Part shown: piece by piece, positions 1 to 10,938 of the stretch
How the letters are laid out: every line of letters begins with the position of its first letter
How positions within the stretch are numbered: position 1 is the first letter of the stretch
DNA from: Catajapyx aquilonaris
Taxonomy: Eukaryota
Assembly: GCA_000934665.2 (NCBI GenBank)
Contig: JYFJ02000031.1
Span: forward strand, 186,001-222,656
Direction: 5' to 3'
Length of the DNA stretch: 36,656 nt
Program-made: the position numbers and the translations under genes
The notes under the pieces: generated by a model
Database searches by the model: none
What the model saw: the letters and a program-made list of their open reading frames with translations, nothing else
What the model was told of the DNA's origin: nothing

Positions 1-420
1 AAAAAAAGATATATTCTACACATTACTTATATATTTAAGAGTACATTCAGTCATAATAAATGGTAAATAATTTAAAAAATTATTGTTACTGATTCGCCTG
101 CATACACTGACAACAGTTATTTCTAATAGTTATAACTGCTACTCCCGAAAACGTTATCCGCTCGGGTAGTAACTGCTACTGCCGTATTGTGTACTGTACC
201 TGGCCTCAGTTGCCTCAGCTCCACCAATCACCTAAACACATGCCATCATACAGCACTAACGACAGTATGAAGATGGCACTAAATGGTCCTTACATCTCTC
301 ACATTAAATGACAGGGCAGGTTATGAAAATCGGCAAATAAAGTCTCTTTATTAATAACTTACACAATTTGGATGAATGATAAACACAACAGAAAATTATA
401 CTGTGATTGGAAAAAATTGT

Positions 421-1921
421 TCACTCGGGCTTGTTCCCGCTGCGGTGGCAGATGCCGTCTGGGACATTTCCTAACAGCCCGATCATCTCCAGTTCTGCGT
501 TTCGGAGGACCCACTGGTGCTCCATTATCTCAAGCGCTTCCCACTCCGCCTTGAAGGCAGCTTTTGGGTCTTGAGGCATGGCCATGGCCGCCCCGCTCAT
601 CTGCTCCTGCATTATGCGCGCTTGGTCAGCCGCTGAAAATATATTGGAATCGACCTCGTAAAGTGCCTGTGGGCACATGGGAATGAAGGATACAGTCCGG
701 AGTAAGCTTACCGTTATTCTCGCCTAAGACAAGTGTGTATATGCTACGGAGACCAAACACATTGATGAAATACCAAGAGGCAGATGACACCCAGGATGCA
801 TCCAAAGATAGAAGTTCAATTCCTCGCTGCAGCATTGGTTTGAAGCGCAGGGTGAGGGGGAATGGCACTTTGGCTGTCAATGGCAAGAAATAGTTAATTA
901 TCATTAAAAATGCACAACATACTTCTATTCAAAATATTTTGCAAACAAAACAATGTATTACTTGTCAAGTGTTTTATAATTTACATCCATATACTGTATT
1001 AAAACGAGCCACATTATGAAGCGTACTTTTCTAAAATGAATATTACAAATCAGTCACATAACTGAGACACAGAGGTATACAACATGTAAAACTTCAGTAA
1101 GAAACCCCGTCATCTTGCGAGCAAGATGATGCCTTTACTTGTAACAAATCCTGAAAAGGTCCAGTTGATCCAACCACCAATCATAAGCATTGGCAAGACG
1201 TTGGTTACGTTTCCCTTCAGCATGTCCGTCATCATGTTCGGATCTGATATTGGGTTCTGCGTCGGAGGATTCCGCTTCTGGGTCTTAAAGTAACCTGCCA
1301 TTGCGGGAAGCAATTAGGACATGCCCCTAAGACCATGACATGCAATTGCATGCTTACCTGTCTCCTCATTGTTGAAGTAATGCTTCCTCATGAGAAAAGA
1401 CTGCTTCGGGAGGTACCTCCCATTCTCTCTCAGCGCGCGGGATCTGATCATTGCTTGACTGCAATGAAACATCACATTCAGCAAAATACATGTATAAATT
1501 TAAGAAATGCTATCAAGTAATTAAACATCTAGGCAATGTTTGTTTGTTTGTCCAGGTAGATGGGGAAGCTGCCGAGGGTGGGCGTGGTAGCCAGTGGTAT
1601 ACCCATTTCGTACCCAGTGTGTTTACCATCGAAACAAGCCATGCGAAGAATGGATTCTGCCGTTAGCAATTAAGCATGGCGCACCTCCTGCATAACAAGT
1701 GGTGCTTGCATCAACTGCGGCTTTACCATGTCCGCTTGAAACGTAACGATGCGGTGTCCCCCACTGCCTCACCTGTCCTGAACCTGCACCAGCTCCACCT
1801 TCTTCTGCGACGTGAGCAGGATGGACACATAGTGCCTGACTATCCCGATGAGGAAAGTGATGACCACGATGGGCAGGAAGACCCAGGCCCTGATGTTGGA
1901 GTCCAGCAGAAGCTCTGCCAT
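421..1921 (-). CDS. EMC3: ER membrane protein complex subunit 3 (TMEM111), 5 coding exons
   Basis: Exons 1921-1773, 1458-1358, 1294-1139, 873-712 and 632-421 join in frame through GT-AG introns. Product: [36 protein letters not shown]...[64 protein letters not shown]...[14 protein letters not shown], which I recognise as EMC3. AATAAA on the - strand at 347-352. Confidence 0.97.
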
Positions 1922-2194
1922 CTTGGTCTGATGTTGCAAAGCAGCGGTAGTATCGCCAAGGCCTCCCATCGATCGATCCGCTACCAAAAATTCCGCGTGC
2001 GAAAAAAATTTGCAGACAATTTGCGGATTGCGATAATTGCGAAGCAACGGAATCGAACCAGGTTGCAAAATATTCGGGAGATTTTCCGTATTTTTGAGTC
2101 ATACGGGCAGTGGTGCCAATGGTTGTTCAGGGTGAGCTGTATTTTATTTTTGCGTGCAGTGCACCCTGCTGCCGGCGAGTGCCGCTGTTCCAAG
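1922..2194. promoter_or_regulatory. Bidirectional promoter and 5' UTRs of EMC3 and PRPF38A
   Basis: Only 273 bp separate the two divergent ATGs; the stretch is CpG-rich and both ATGs lie in CAAGATGGC. Confidence 0.75.
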
Positions 2195-3595
2195 ATGGCG
2201 AACCGTACGGTGAAAGACGCCAAATCCGTGAAGGGAACGAACCCTCAGTACCTGATCGAGAAGATCATTCGGTCCAGGATATACGACAGCAGGTTCTGGA
2301 AGGAAGAATGCTTCGCTCTCACTGGTAATTTACTGCACGTGGCCAATTGGAGGATCTCAAAGTTTGTTATTGTTTACAAGGTGACACAAAATGCTTGGTG
2401 TTACATATGTACTTACTTACCCTTACATGTCATTACATGTGTACTTACTGACACATGCATGTACTGTTACATCTGTAATGAATGCACATGTAACATACTG
2501 GACTTTATTTACAGCCGAACTGCTGGTGGATAAGGCTATGGAGCTGAAGTTTGTGGGCGGCGTGTTTGGAGGAAATATCAAGCCAACGCCTTTCCTCTGC
2601 CTGACTCTTAAGATGCTGCAGATTCAGCCGGAGAAGGACATTGTGGTTGAGTTTATCAAGAATGAACAGTTCAAGTATGTGCGCATATTGGGCGCCTTTT
2701 ATATGCGCTTGGTGGGCACTTCACTCGATATTTACAAGTATTTGGAGCCGCTTCTGAATGACTACAGGAAGATCCGCAGACAGAACAGGCAGGGTGTGTA
2801 TGAAATGCACCATGTGGATGAGTTCATAGATGAGCTGCTGAGGGAGGAGCGTTGCTGCGATGTTATACTCCCACGAATCCAGAAGAGGCATGTACTCGAG
2901 GAAAATAATGAGCTGGAGCCGAGGGTGTCGGCTCTTGAAGATGACATGGAAGAGATGGAGTCCAGTTCTGATGAAGAAGAGATTGCACCGCCCGTCGAGA
3001 ATAGCCCCAAGCAGAGGGGTAGCGGAGGGAACCCCGGAGTTGGGGGCTACCGGGACCTGGACAAGCCACGACGCAGCCCATCTCCGAGGTTCAGGCGGTC
3101 CAGATCAAGGGAGAGGGAGAGGGACAGGGGAGAAAAGGAGAGAGATCGGGACAGGAGGTATGTTCTGCATTAATGATTCACACAAGTGCTTAAATATTAC
3201 ATTTTGGCCACAATATATAAGTTCAGTTAAATGTGACTAGAGTGGTGGAGTACGGTACTTATCCTTCTTTCTTATGTTACAGAGGGCACAGTCCAGAAAG
3301 GCAGGATAAAAAGCGCCGCCGCAGCCGATCCCGTGAGCGCAGACATCGCTCGCAATCACCATCTTCACGGCACCACCATCGGGATGCTACCCGGAAACAC
3401 AAGGAGAAGGATCGTGACAGGGAGAAGACGACGCGGGATAAGACAGAGAGAAAAGATAGGGACAGGAAGCATCGGGATGATCGGAAGAGAGATGGAAGAA
3501 AGTCTGGTACTAGTGGTGGAACTACCCGAGACATGGAAATCGCAGAGACCAATGCGCTACGAGCGCAGTTGGGGTTGCCGCCACTGAGGCCATAA
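2195..3595 (+). CDS. PRPF38A: Pre-mRNA splicing factor 38A, 3 coding exons
   Basis: Exons 2195-2324, 2515-3157, 3283-3595. MANRTVKDAKSVKGTNPQYLIEKIIRSRIYDSRFWKEECFALTAELLVDKAMEL...PTPFLCLTLKMLQIQPEKDIVVEFI is the PRP38 domain, followed by an RS/RD-rich tail ending EIAETNALRAQLGLPPLRP. AATAAA at 3646-3651. Confidence 0.97.
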
Positions 3596-3741
3596 GTGTG
3601 TAACAATGAAGCCTAATCTCCCCATTTTTATGTACCATTATTAATAATAAAATACCATAGAAATGTGTTTATTATTATTTGGTGAATTGAAGCCTTGTCT
3701 CATAATATTCTGAGGATTTGTCTAAGCAAGCGTTATTAACT

Positions 3742-4806
3742 ATGGATCGAGAGGTGAGCGATTTAAGCGGCATTTTGGATTTGCAGGGAACTGATGTCGC
3801 ATATTTAGTCATTAATAACTGCAATGGTCTTCACTAGTTTGAACTACCACCAGCAGATTGGAATATTTCACTCTTGCTATTACCGCTTGGATTATTGTTA
3901 CCAACATTATAGTGAGCATCTACTTGCTTTGGATACATTACCGATCACATTACCTAATTTAATGCTGTATCTGCGATAAATTGTGAATCCACTTTAACAA
4001 CAGTGATTAAATTGTGATGGTGTGTAATTGCACGTTATACATGTGGCGAATACCACTCCACATTTCCACCTAGCTTGGCTTTTCCTTCGCAGAGTTGGGC
4101 TTTGATTCGTGGGCCACTAACAGCCCGTCCAGGCATTCCATACAGCGGATACCGTGGCCCACAACAACGTGCTCACCTTCGTGCCTTCCTGAAGGAGAAA
4201 CTGGATGCCTTGCTCGAAGAGGAGCGGCAAGCACAAGCTCATGGGGACCCAGTCAATCTCTCTTCTGTGCCTACCATCACGATTGCTTCTCCAAGTCCTT
4301 TACCTACTCCTCCTGTGCGTATCCCGTCGCCACCACCTTCCACGTCATTTCCATCCACCACCGCCCACTCTTCAACCGCGCCTGGGCCTGAGCATGGACA
4401 CAGCAGTGGGATGGTGGTGAGGGCACAGAGAGTCTTCTCATTCCTCAGGAGGTCATCTGTTGGGTCTGCAAGTCATCGTGAATCGCAAAGTCACACCCAG
4501 CAGGTGGTTGAGATGCAGCAAGACCACAACCAGCTGGTGATGGACCAGCAGCAAGAGCAACACACCCAGCAGGTAGTAGAGCTGCAGCATGATCTCCAGC
4601 TGGTGGTGGACCAGCAGCTACAACAACCAACCCAGCAGGTGGAAGAACAACCTCAGCAAGCACTGCTAACACCCCAGGAAGCAACGAGAGACTTTCTACA
4701 AGATGACAGTGATTACGACGACAGCAATGAGGACGACATGGATGTGGATCCGTCTACCTCCATATCCTCCTCTTTAGCGCCCTCATCATACGACGAGGAG
4801 TCATGA
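3742..4806 (+). CDS. Hypothetical 272-aa protein with N-terminal hydrophobic segment, Pro/Ser-rich region, Gln-rich repeats and acidic tail
   Basis: Exons 3742-3753 (ATG GAT CGA GAG|gtgagc), 3838-3911 (cactag|TTT...TTA TA|gtgagc) and 4074-4806 (cctag|C TTG GCT) give one 819-nt frame: MDREFELPPADWNISLLLLPLGLLLPTLYLAFPSQSWALIRGP... AATAAA at 4866-4871. No family recognised; the two 5' exons are inferred from splice signals and phase only. Confidence 0.6.
4492..4650 (+). repeat. Coding tandem repeat, about 2.4 units of 66-69 bp
   Basis: HTQQVVEMQQDHNQLVMDQQQEQ / HTQQVVELQHDLQLVVDQQLQQ / PTQQVEEQ; each unit begins with or near ACCCAGCAGGT. Confidence 0.85.
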
Positions 4807-5403
4807 ACCGGCTAAAGACAACCTCCAGAAGAGGAGGTTTCATTTATTAAGTAATGGTGTACATGAATAAACCTATAAAAAATATTATAGAACCATTTGC
4901 TTCAGGTAATGTTTGAAAATGCCGCGCTGTGCTACACTATCGCCTCATGTGTTACATGCATCATTTTCACGGCTTTTTAAAAATTTATAAAAGTAAATAT
5001 ATTTTCACAGCCTTTTTAAAAAATGTAAAATTACATAAATGCTAAAATACTATACTAGAACGTGTACTATAAAAGTCTCCAGAAATACCATCGCGGCTCG
5101 CTTCGCTCAAATTTTTCTAGGCCTGCGGTTTGAGGAGTTAGAGGACGCTCGCTTCGCTCGCGTTTAATTAGACAAATTTTAAAATATATTTTGATGACTT
5201 GTGTGAAGGGGAGTTGCCAGAAGCAAGAATTCAAGATGTCTTCCTTTCGGCGGGAATGGCCTCGTTGTCGTTGAGTGGACGTCAGTTGCTGCCTAGTTGA
5301 ATAATATTCCTGCTGCTTTCGACGCCGGTACACATCCCGTCCCGTTTGCTTGCCGGTACACGGTCACACACAGGAGCGAGAGACGGTGCAAGGTCAGTCC
5401 GCA

Positions 5404-6327
5404 ATGAGCAAGAAGGACAAAGGAGACGGAGGTGTGAATGGTGCAGTGTACCGGTACCTATACAACCAGAACAGGCCGTACAGCGCAAATGACATCTTCA
5501 TGAACCTGCACAAGGAGCATGGGAAGACCGCGGTGCAGAAGGCACTTGACCAACTCACGCAGGTGAGATGTCACGAGATATCATCTTGATGGCAAAATTT
5601 GCAATCCGTCATTTATTTTTCAGGATGGAAAGATTAAGGAGAAAATGTATGGGAAGCAGAAGGTGTACGTTGTGGACCAAAGCGTGTTCCCGGATGTTAA
5701 CGAGGAAGAGTTGAAACAGATGGACGCAGACATTGAGAACCTGACACGCCAGCTGGAAGAAGAGACTTCTGCTGCCAAGAAGGCCGAAGCGACCCTCAAG
5801 GACCTCAGTTCAAGTCTCACCACGGCTCAAGCTAAGAAGGAGCTTGAAAATGTCAGTTAAAAAAAAAAAATTACAGTTGTATCCGGATATAACAGACTTC
5901 AAGGGACCACTGCACTAAAAATACATCTGGAGGTATGGTAGGATGGGCCTTTCAAGTCTGTTATAACGAAAAGTCTGTTATAGCCGAGGCTGTTATATCC
6001 CGAGTCAACTGTACTTGTAGTTTAGCAGCTATTATGTTAGTTTTGTATTTTATCATTGATTTGTCGTTTCAGGTGAAGAAAGAGGTTTCACGTTTGACCC
6101 AGAAGTTGGAGGCCCTGTCTGAAAACAAGGTGGTGGTGTCAGCGGAAGAGAAGAAACGAGTGCATGAGGATCATGCCAATATGACTGGCGAGTGGAAGAA
6201 GCGCAAGCGCCTTTGCTTGGATGTGGTCAACGCCATCATGGAAGGATACCCAAAGAGCAAAAAGGAGCTCTTTGAGCAGGTTGGGATCGAGACTGACGAA
6301 GATGTAGGTGCCCAGATGCCCAAGTAG
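5404..6327 (+). CDS. PSMC3IP: Homologous-pairing protein 2 (Hop2/TBPIP), 3 coding exons
   Basis: Exons 5404-5562, 5624-5851, 6073-6327. YLYNQNRPYSANDIFMNLHKEHGKTAVQKALDQL..DGKIKEKMYGKQKVYVVDQ winged helix, a coiled coil, and C-terminal WKKRKRLCLDVVNAIMEGYPKSKKELFEQVGIETDED. Confidence 0.95.
5874..6011. mobile_element. Tc1/mariner-pogo-type MITE (138 bp) in Hop2 intron 2
   Basis: TA|CAGTTGTATCCGGATATAACAG ... CTGTTATATCCCGAGTCAACTG|TA: imperfect TIR of about 22 bp, TA duplication, and a subterminal CTGTTATA repeated three times at the right end. Confidence 0.85.
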
Positions 6328-7710
6328 ATATAAACTTGCAGAAAAAAAAATGTTTATCCCCTGAGATTTGTACCAAGCAAAAGGCTGTGAACATAATGTA
6401 ATAATATAATGCCACAAAATGACCTGTACCCCATGCATTACTTATTACACGCAATTCTCTTTGCGGAGGGATTTCAGTAAAAAACGTGATACTGAGCGGA
6501 ACTGTTGGTACGCACTTAACAGGTCTTGCCAGTGGGTGGCAAAATGATGAACTATAATAATTATGGCCTGAATACACAAGGATTTCATCAGGTGCATAAT
6601 ACTTATTACAAAGTACAGTAAAACTACCTTTATTAAAATTGAAGCACCTGTGCTTTCCTGCCCAACTGCTCTGCATTGCGTTTGTTAAATACCAACATGG
6701 GCGTGAGATACACCGGTATGTTGGAACTAAGCCAATCTGATAATGAAAGGGAGAAAGGAAGTTATATGATCGGTTAGAACTCTTTTATTTTAATTAGGTG
6801 GGCATAAATTACTGAGAGCTGGGGTGAAAGTGGGGTGTGACCTTTAGCCTTGGGATGCCCTGGTGCATGCTCGGCCAGAGCATGTCAAGAGGATCAACTA
6901 GTGCCCAGAAACCTTTCATATCACTCATCTTGAGTAAACATATGGTGATATAAGTACGAGGGGTTGAGTGAGAGACAATCAAGCCAATGAAGCTGCTGGC
7001 AGCCTTTCAGTCCGCAGGGATTTGATATCATCTAACATCTTTCCGGTGCATTCAAAGGTGAGCAATTTTCACTTGCGCTACTCACTTTTTACATATTGCT
7101 GAAGGCTATGATACTTAATTACAATCTGAAAATTAAACTCATTTGGCATGAATGATATATGACTTTGGTGGCAATTAATATTATTTTAATCCCACATGTG
7201 CACCATCAGCTGCCCAAATTTCAGTGAAAATTAATACTACTCAAGTTCATGTTACGTAATTATATTCAATTAAAGAAAATTGCTTATCCAAGGTTATGGA
7301 GTACTAGTATGCAACTATTTTGTGATAACATGACAAGTATCTTATCTTTCCTCCGATTACCCATGTTCACAAACCTAAAATTAAATGTTTTTATCAACAC
7401 GAAATGAGGATTACGTCACCTTACGAGTAAAACCATGCTTCAATTTGATGACTTTCAGTGCCAACTTGTGAGCTCTATGTGAGTGGTGGGAACTTTTGAA
7501 AATATTACCAAGCAAATATTCGTACAATTTGGAACTTTAGTAATTTTTGCTATCTGGTACATTTTAGTTTGAGTTTTTAGTGGTTCCCTCCATGTCCGCA
7601 TGGATTTCCAGGGTTGTATTGTTTCCTCCCATTCTCAAAATCAGTTTTGAGTTAACAATGCAAATTATTGCATGAGATCTCTTACTAATACAGGTGCAGT
7701 GACAAAAATC

Positions 7711-8981
7711 ATGGAGCTCTTGGGAGTTGATATAGCCTCGCCTTTCATCCCTTGGCGACGGCGCATGCAAACACTTGCAGTCCTGTACCTTGAGTGCCTC
7801 TCATTTGGAGGAGGCTTCCCCTGCCTTCTCTTAATGATATACTTTTGCTTCACTTCCTACTACTGGATCCCACTGATCTACTTGGTCTGGTACTGCTACG
7901 ATAAAGACCAGTGCAATCGTGGCGGACGACCCAACCAGTGGCTCAGGTCGTGGACGTTATTTAAATACTATGCTGACTACTTTCCAATCAAATTGATCAA
8001 GACAGCGGACTTGCCTCCAGGCAAAAACTACTTAATAGGAGCCCATCCACATGGGATATTTTCTAGTGGGCATTTCTGTGTGTTTGCAACTGAAGGAGCT
8101 GGATGGAGCCAGAAATTTCCAGGCATAACACCACATTTGTGTACCCTCTTAACACAATTTAGGTTTCCTTTCTTCAGGGAACTTTTCATGCAGTTCGGTA
8201 AGTGACGGTGAATTTTTTGAAGAATTGCTGTTACTAATAATTGTTATGCAAATACAGGTGCCACAGCCGCAACTAATGAAAGTCTGGATTATGTACTGAA
8301 GAAGCGTGAGGGTGGACATGCAATGATCCTGGTTGTAGGAGGAGCAGCCGAAGCTCTCTACGCCAGACCAGGTGTTTGTACTCTTGTACTAGCGAGAAGG
8401 AAAGGATTTGTTCGGGCTGTCCTTCGAAACGGGTGTGTGCAGTGATACTTATTTTCCCTTATTTGACTAATTGCGACTGTGAGAGTCTGCTTAGTTCAAC
8501 AAATTCAGTGTTCATAGCCTACCTTTTAAATTACTATGATGCTATTTATTTTCTGCTGCAGGGCTGATTTAGTACCAGCATTCTCATTTGGAGAAAATGA
8601 TGTCCTGGATCAACTGCCAAATCCACCTGGTTCTAAAGTCCGTCACTTCCAGGAGTCCTTCAAAGCGATGACGGCTGTGTCACCTCCCCTCGCCAAGGGA
8701 AGAGGAATTTTCCAGTACACATTTGGACTTGTTCCATATCGAAAGCCAATCAATATTGTTTGTATGGTCCATCTCATATACAAGTTAAGTTACATATTCA
8801 TGCTTATATTATTTTCTTCCCTTTAGTGGGCAAGCCAATCCCAGTGGAACGAATTGAGTACCCAACAGAAGAGCAGGTGACAGAGCTTCACAATAAATAT
8901 CTCGTGAGCCTCAAGGAATTGTTTGATACCCACAAGGCAGAGTACAGCAGTGATCCAGACATAGAGCTTCTCTATGTTTAA
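7711..8981 (+). CDS. DGAT2/MOGAT-family acyltransferase, copy 1 (338 aa)
   Basis: Exons 7711-8197, 8258-8432, 8562-8761, 8827-8981 (487/175/200/155 nt). Motifs YFP, HPHG, GGAAE, RKGFVRAVLRNGADLVPAFSFGEND and GKPI. Probable non-coding first exon ending near 7057 (AAG|gtgagc). Confidence 0.95.
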
Positions 8982-10147
8982 ACCCCAATCTTCATCACAA
9001 AGAAATGCAACTACAAACGATATCCAGTGTTAAATGAAAAACAAAATGTGCTCTGAGCAAATTCTGCAGTCATTATCAATTAATTATGATTGTCCTGGTA
9101 CACAGGCTATTGCAGTCTGGACATGATTAATATTTGATGGATCCAACAAGCCCACTGGAATTCTGCAACAATGTCTCTTCTTCAGCATGCATCAAGCTTA
9201 ACATGGGCTAAGGTCTGCAAGTCACCAGCATAAGATTTATTTTCCGGTAAAGATATAAGTTAATTAGTTTTTCCAGTGAATATATCAGAATCTTATGACG
9301 TTCTTAATGTGTATTTGTGTTTTATTATACAGTGTCTCTGAGGTATGCAAATGAGCCATGTTTGTTAGTGACTATGGTGTAAAAATTATGCAAATGTGAT
9401 TTTAGGAAGTATATTCCAAGAAAATCATGTAATCTGGCAGAAGTGGTGCAATAAATTATGAATCCACACATGGTGTGCTTTTGAAGCATGATTATTAAAA
9501 TCTGAAATGCCACTATATTAATTTTGTGAGATCTGACTGCAAACAGTTTTCAAGATTATGACCTTGACATCTGATTTTAATTTACCATTTACAACCTGAA
9601 TTTGCATTTCCAAATTTTGTAGTCATTGAACACTTGTTATATCTCTTGTGTAATAATATCAACTCGCCCTATGTGCCTAAGACCTGCATACGTACAATGA
9701 GAAAAAGCCTGCTTTTACTCAACTCCAACCCCATAACCGATGTCCCTTTTCAGAAAAAAAAAAATCCCATTGTCCAAATCTGCTGAACGTCTGTGTCTCT
9801 CAGACATACGCCTACCGGGTCATACCTGGGCACCCAGCCTCGACCTTCTCCAGAAGCTCCCAAAATATTTTTTCTAACATGACTCTGCCTGCCATTTTCT
9901 GAGTGATCTTTGGGCCCATTATTATTTAAAAACTTACACTACCATGCTGCCCCTGTCAGATGTAATAAAATGCTATTCTGTGTCCTACATGTAATCTGAC
10001 ATTTTCAAATGAACTAGAATGAAATTAGCTGCAAGTGGATTAATATTGAACTGGAATCATAACCTTGCAAGCTTGCAAAACAAAAATCTGTGATTCATTT
10101 ACTTTAATTAAATAATGCAACTATCCCTTATGAGCTTATGATTTCAA

Positions 10148-10938
10148 CAACAACAACACCATTGTGACCGTACCGGTTTTTGCTATGTCCAACGTCCTAT
10201 AGTTTCACTGCATCCCGAGGCTGCCTTGCAACCACTTACGTCACAGTATATATTAGATTACCCCATTAGAGTCATTCTGTACTTTCTGCCTATTCATGTC
10301 ATGTGACTTTTCATATGCTTCCTCCCATCATGCATTGTACTCTACTATATAAAGGAGTGAGCTGTTTCACTCGAGGCCTTTTTCCGGGAGAATATCCCGG
10401 GGACTGGCCAGGCCACTTGTCTGGACGCCATCTCCCTTCCCTGACCTTTTTCCTGTTTCCCTCAAGCACTTGCCCTGACGTGTAAATAAAACTGTACTTG
10501 ATTGTTACCCACTGGTTTTGATATGCTTCACCTGCTCCGGTGACACCATCACGACATTTCCCTATAAGGGGTAGTCAGCGATAATGGGAGCCACAAGCTA
10601 ACCCAAAATGTGAACTAAATTAAAACTTGCAAAAATCAGCCTATAAACTACCCATCCGGCCCCCCACCCCTTCCCATCTCAGACGACAAACTCTCAATAT
10701 TAAATTTAAATATTACATGACTATGCAACGCGGTACTTGAGAAATTCCCCCCTGGAAGAGGAATCAGCAACTGTTAAATTCCTCCAAGTGACTAGAATAT
10801 TCTCCTCCAATGACCAGAACACCCACAGGCCAGCGAGAAGAACCAGCATACAGAAATCCACACCCAAACTCCAAGCGCTGTGCAGTACAGAGAGAGAGGC
10901 AGACACTCCTGCTAGCATGACTACCGGTGTCAACCTAC
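10148..10938 (-). mobile_element. 5'-truncated non-LTR retroelement with (GTT)n tail, interrupted by a solo LTR
   Basis: Flanked by GCTTATGATTTCAA (10134-10147) and GCTTACGATTTCAA (10939-10952), 13/14 identical, read as a TSD. (CAA)n tail at the left end. With the LTR removed, the end CAACAACACCATCACGACATTTCCCTATAAGGGG matches the insertion at 27164-27198. Confidence 0.75.
10163..10545 (+). mobile_element. Solo LTR (383 bp), Ty3/Gypsy-like
   Basis: CCAT|TGTGACCG...CGGTGACA|CCAT: TG..CA ends with a 7/8 inverted repeat and a 4-bp TSD. Internal TATATAAA near 10346 and AATAAA at 10485-10490. Confidence 0.85.

Noticed and set aside
1623..2102. 159-aa - strand ORF overlapping EMC3 exon 1 in another frame
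   Set aside because: No recognisable features; GC-rich sequence often leaves alternative frames open. It cannot be excluded as a uORF without TSS data.
1676..2533. 285-aa + strand ORF spanning the EMC3/PRPF38A promoter
   Set aside because: It is an open frame running from antisense EMC3 exon 1 through the promoter into PRPF38A exon 1 and its intron; the conserved protein begins at ATG 2195.
3754..3786. Possible 33-bp intron GTGAGC...TTGCAG in the orphan gene
   Set aside because: It is shorter than any other intron here and leads to a stop at 3835-3837, whereas the acceptor at 3837 keeps the frame open.
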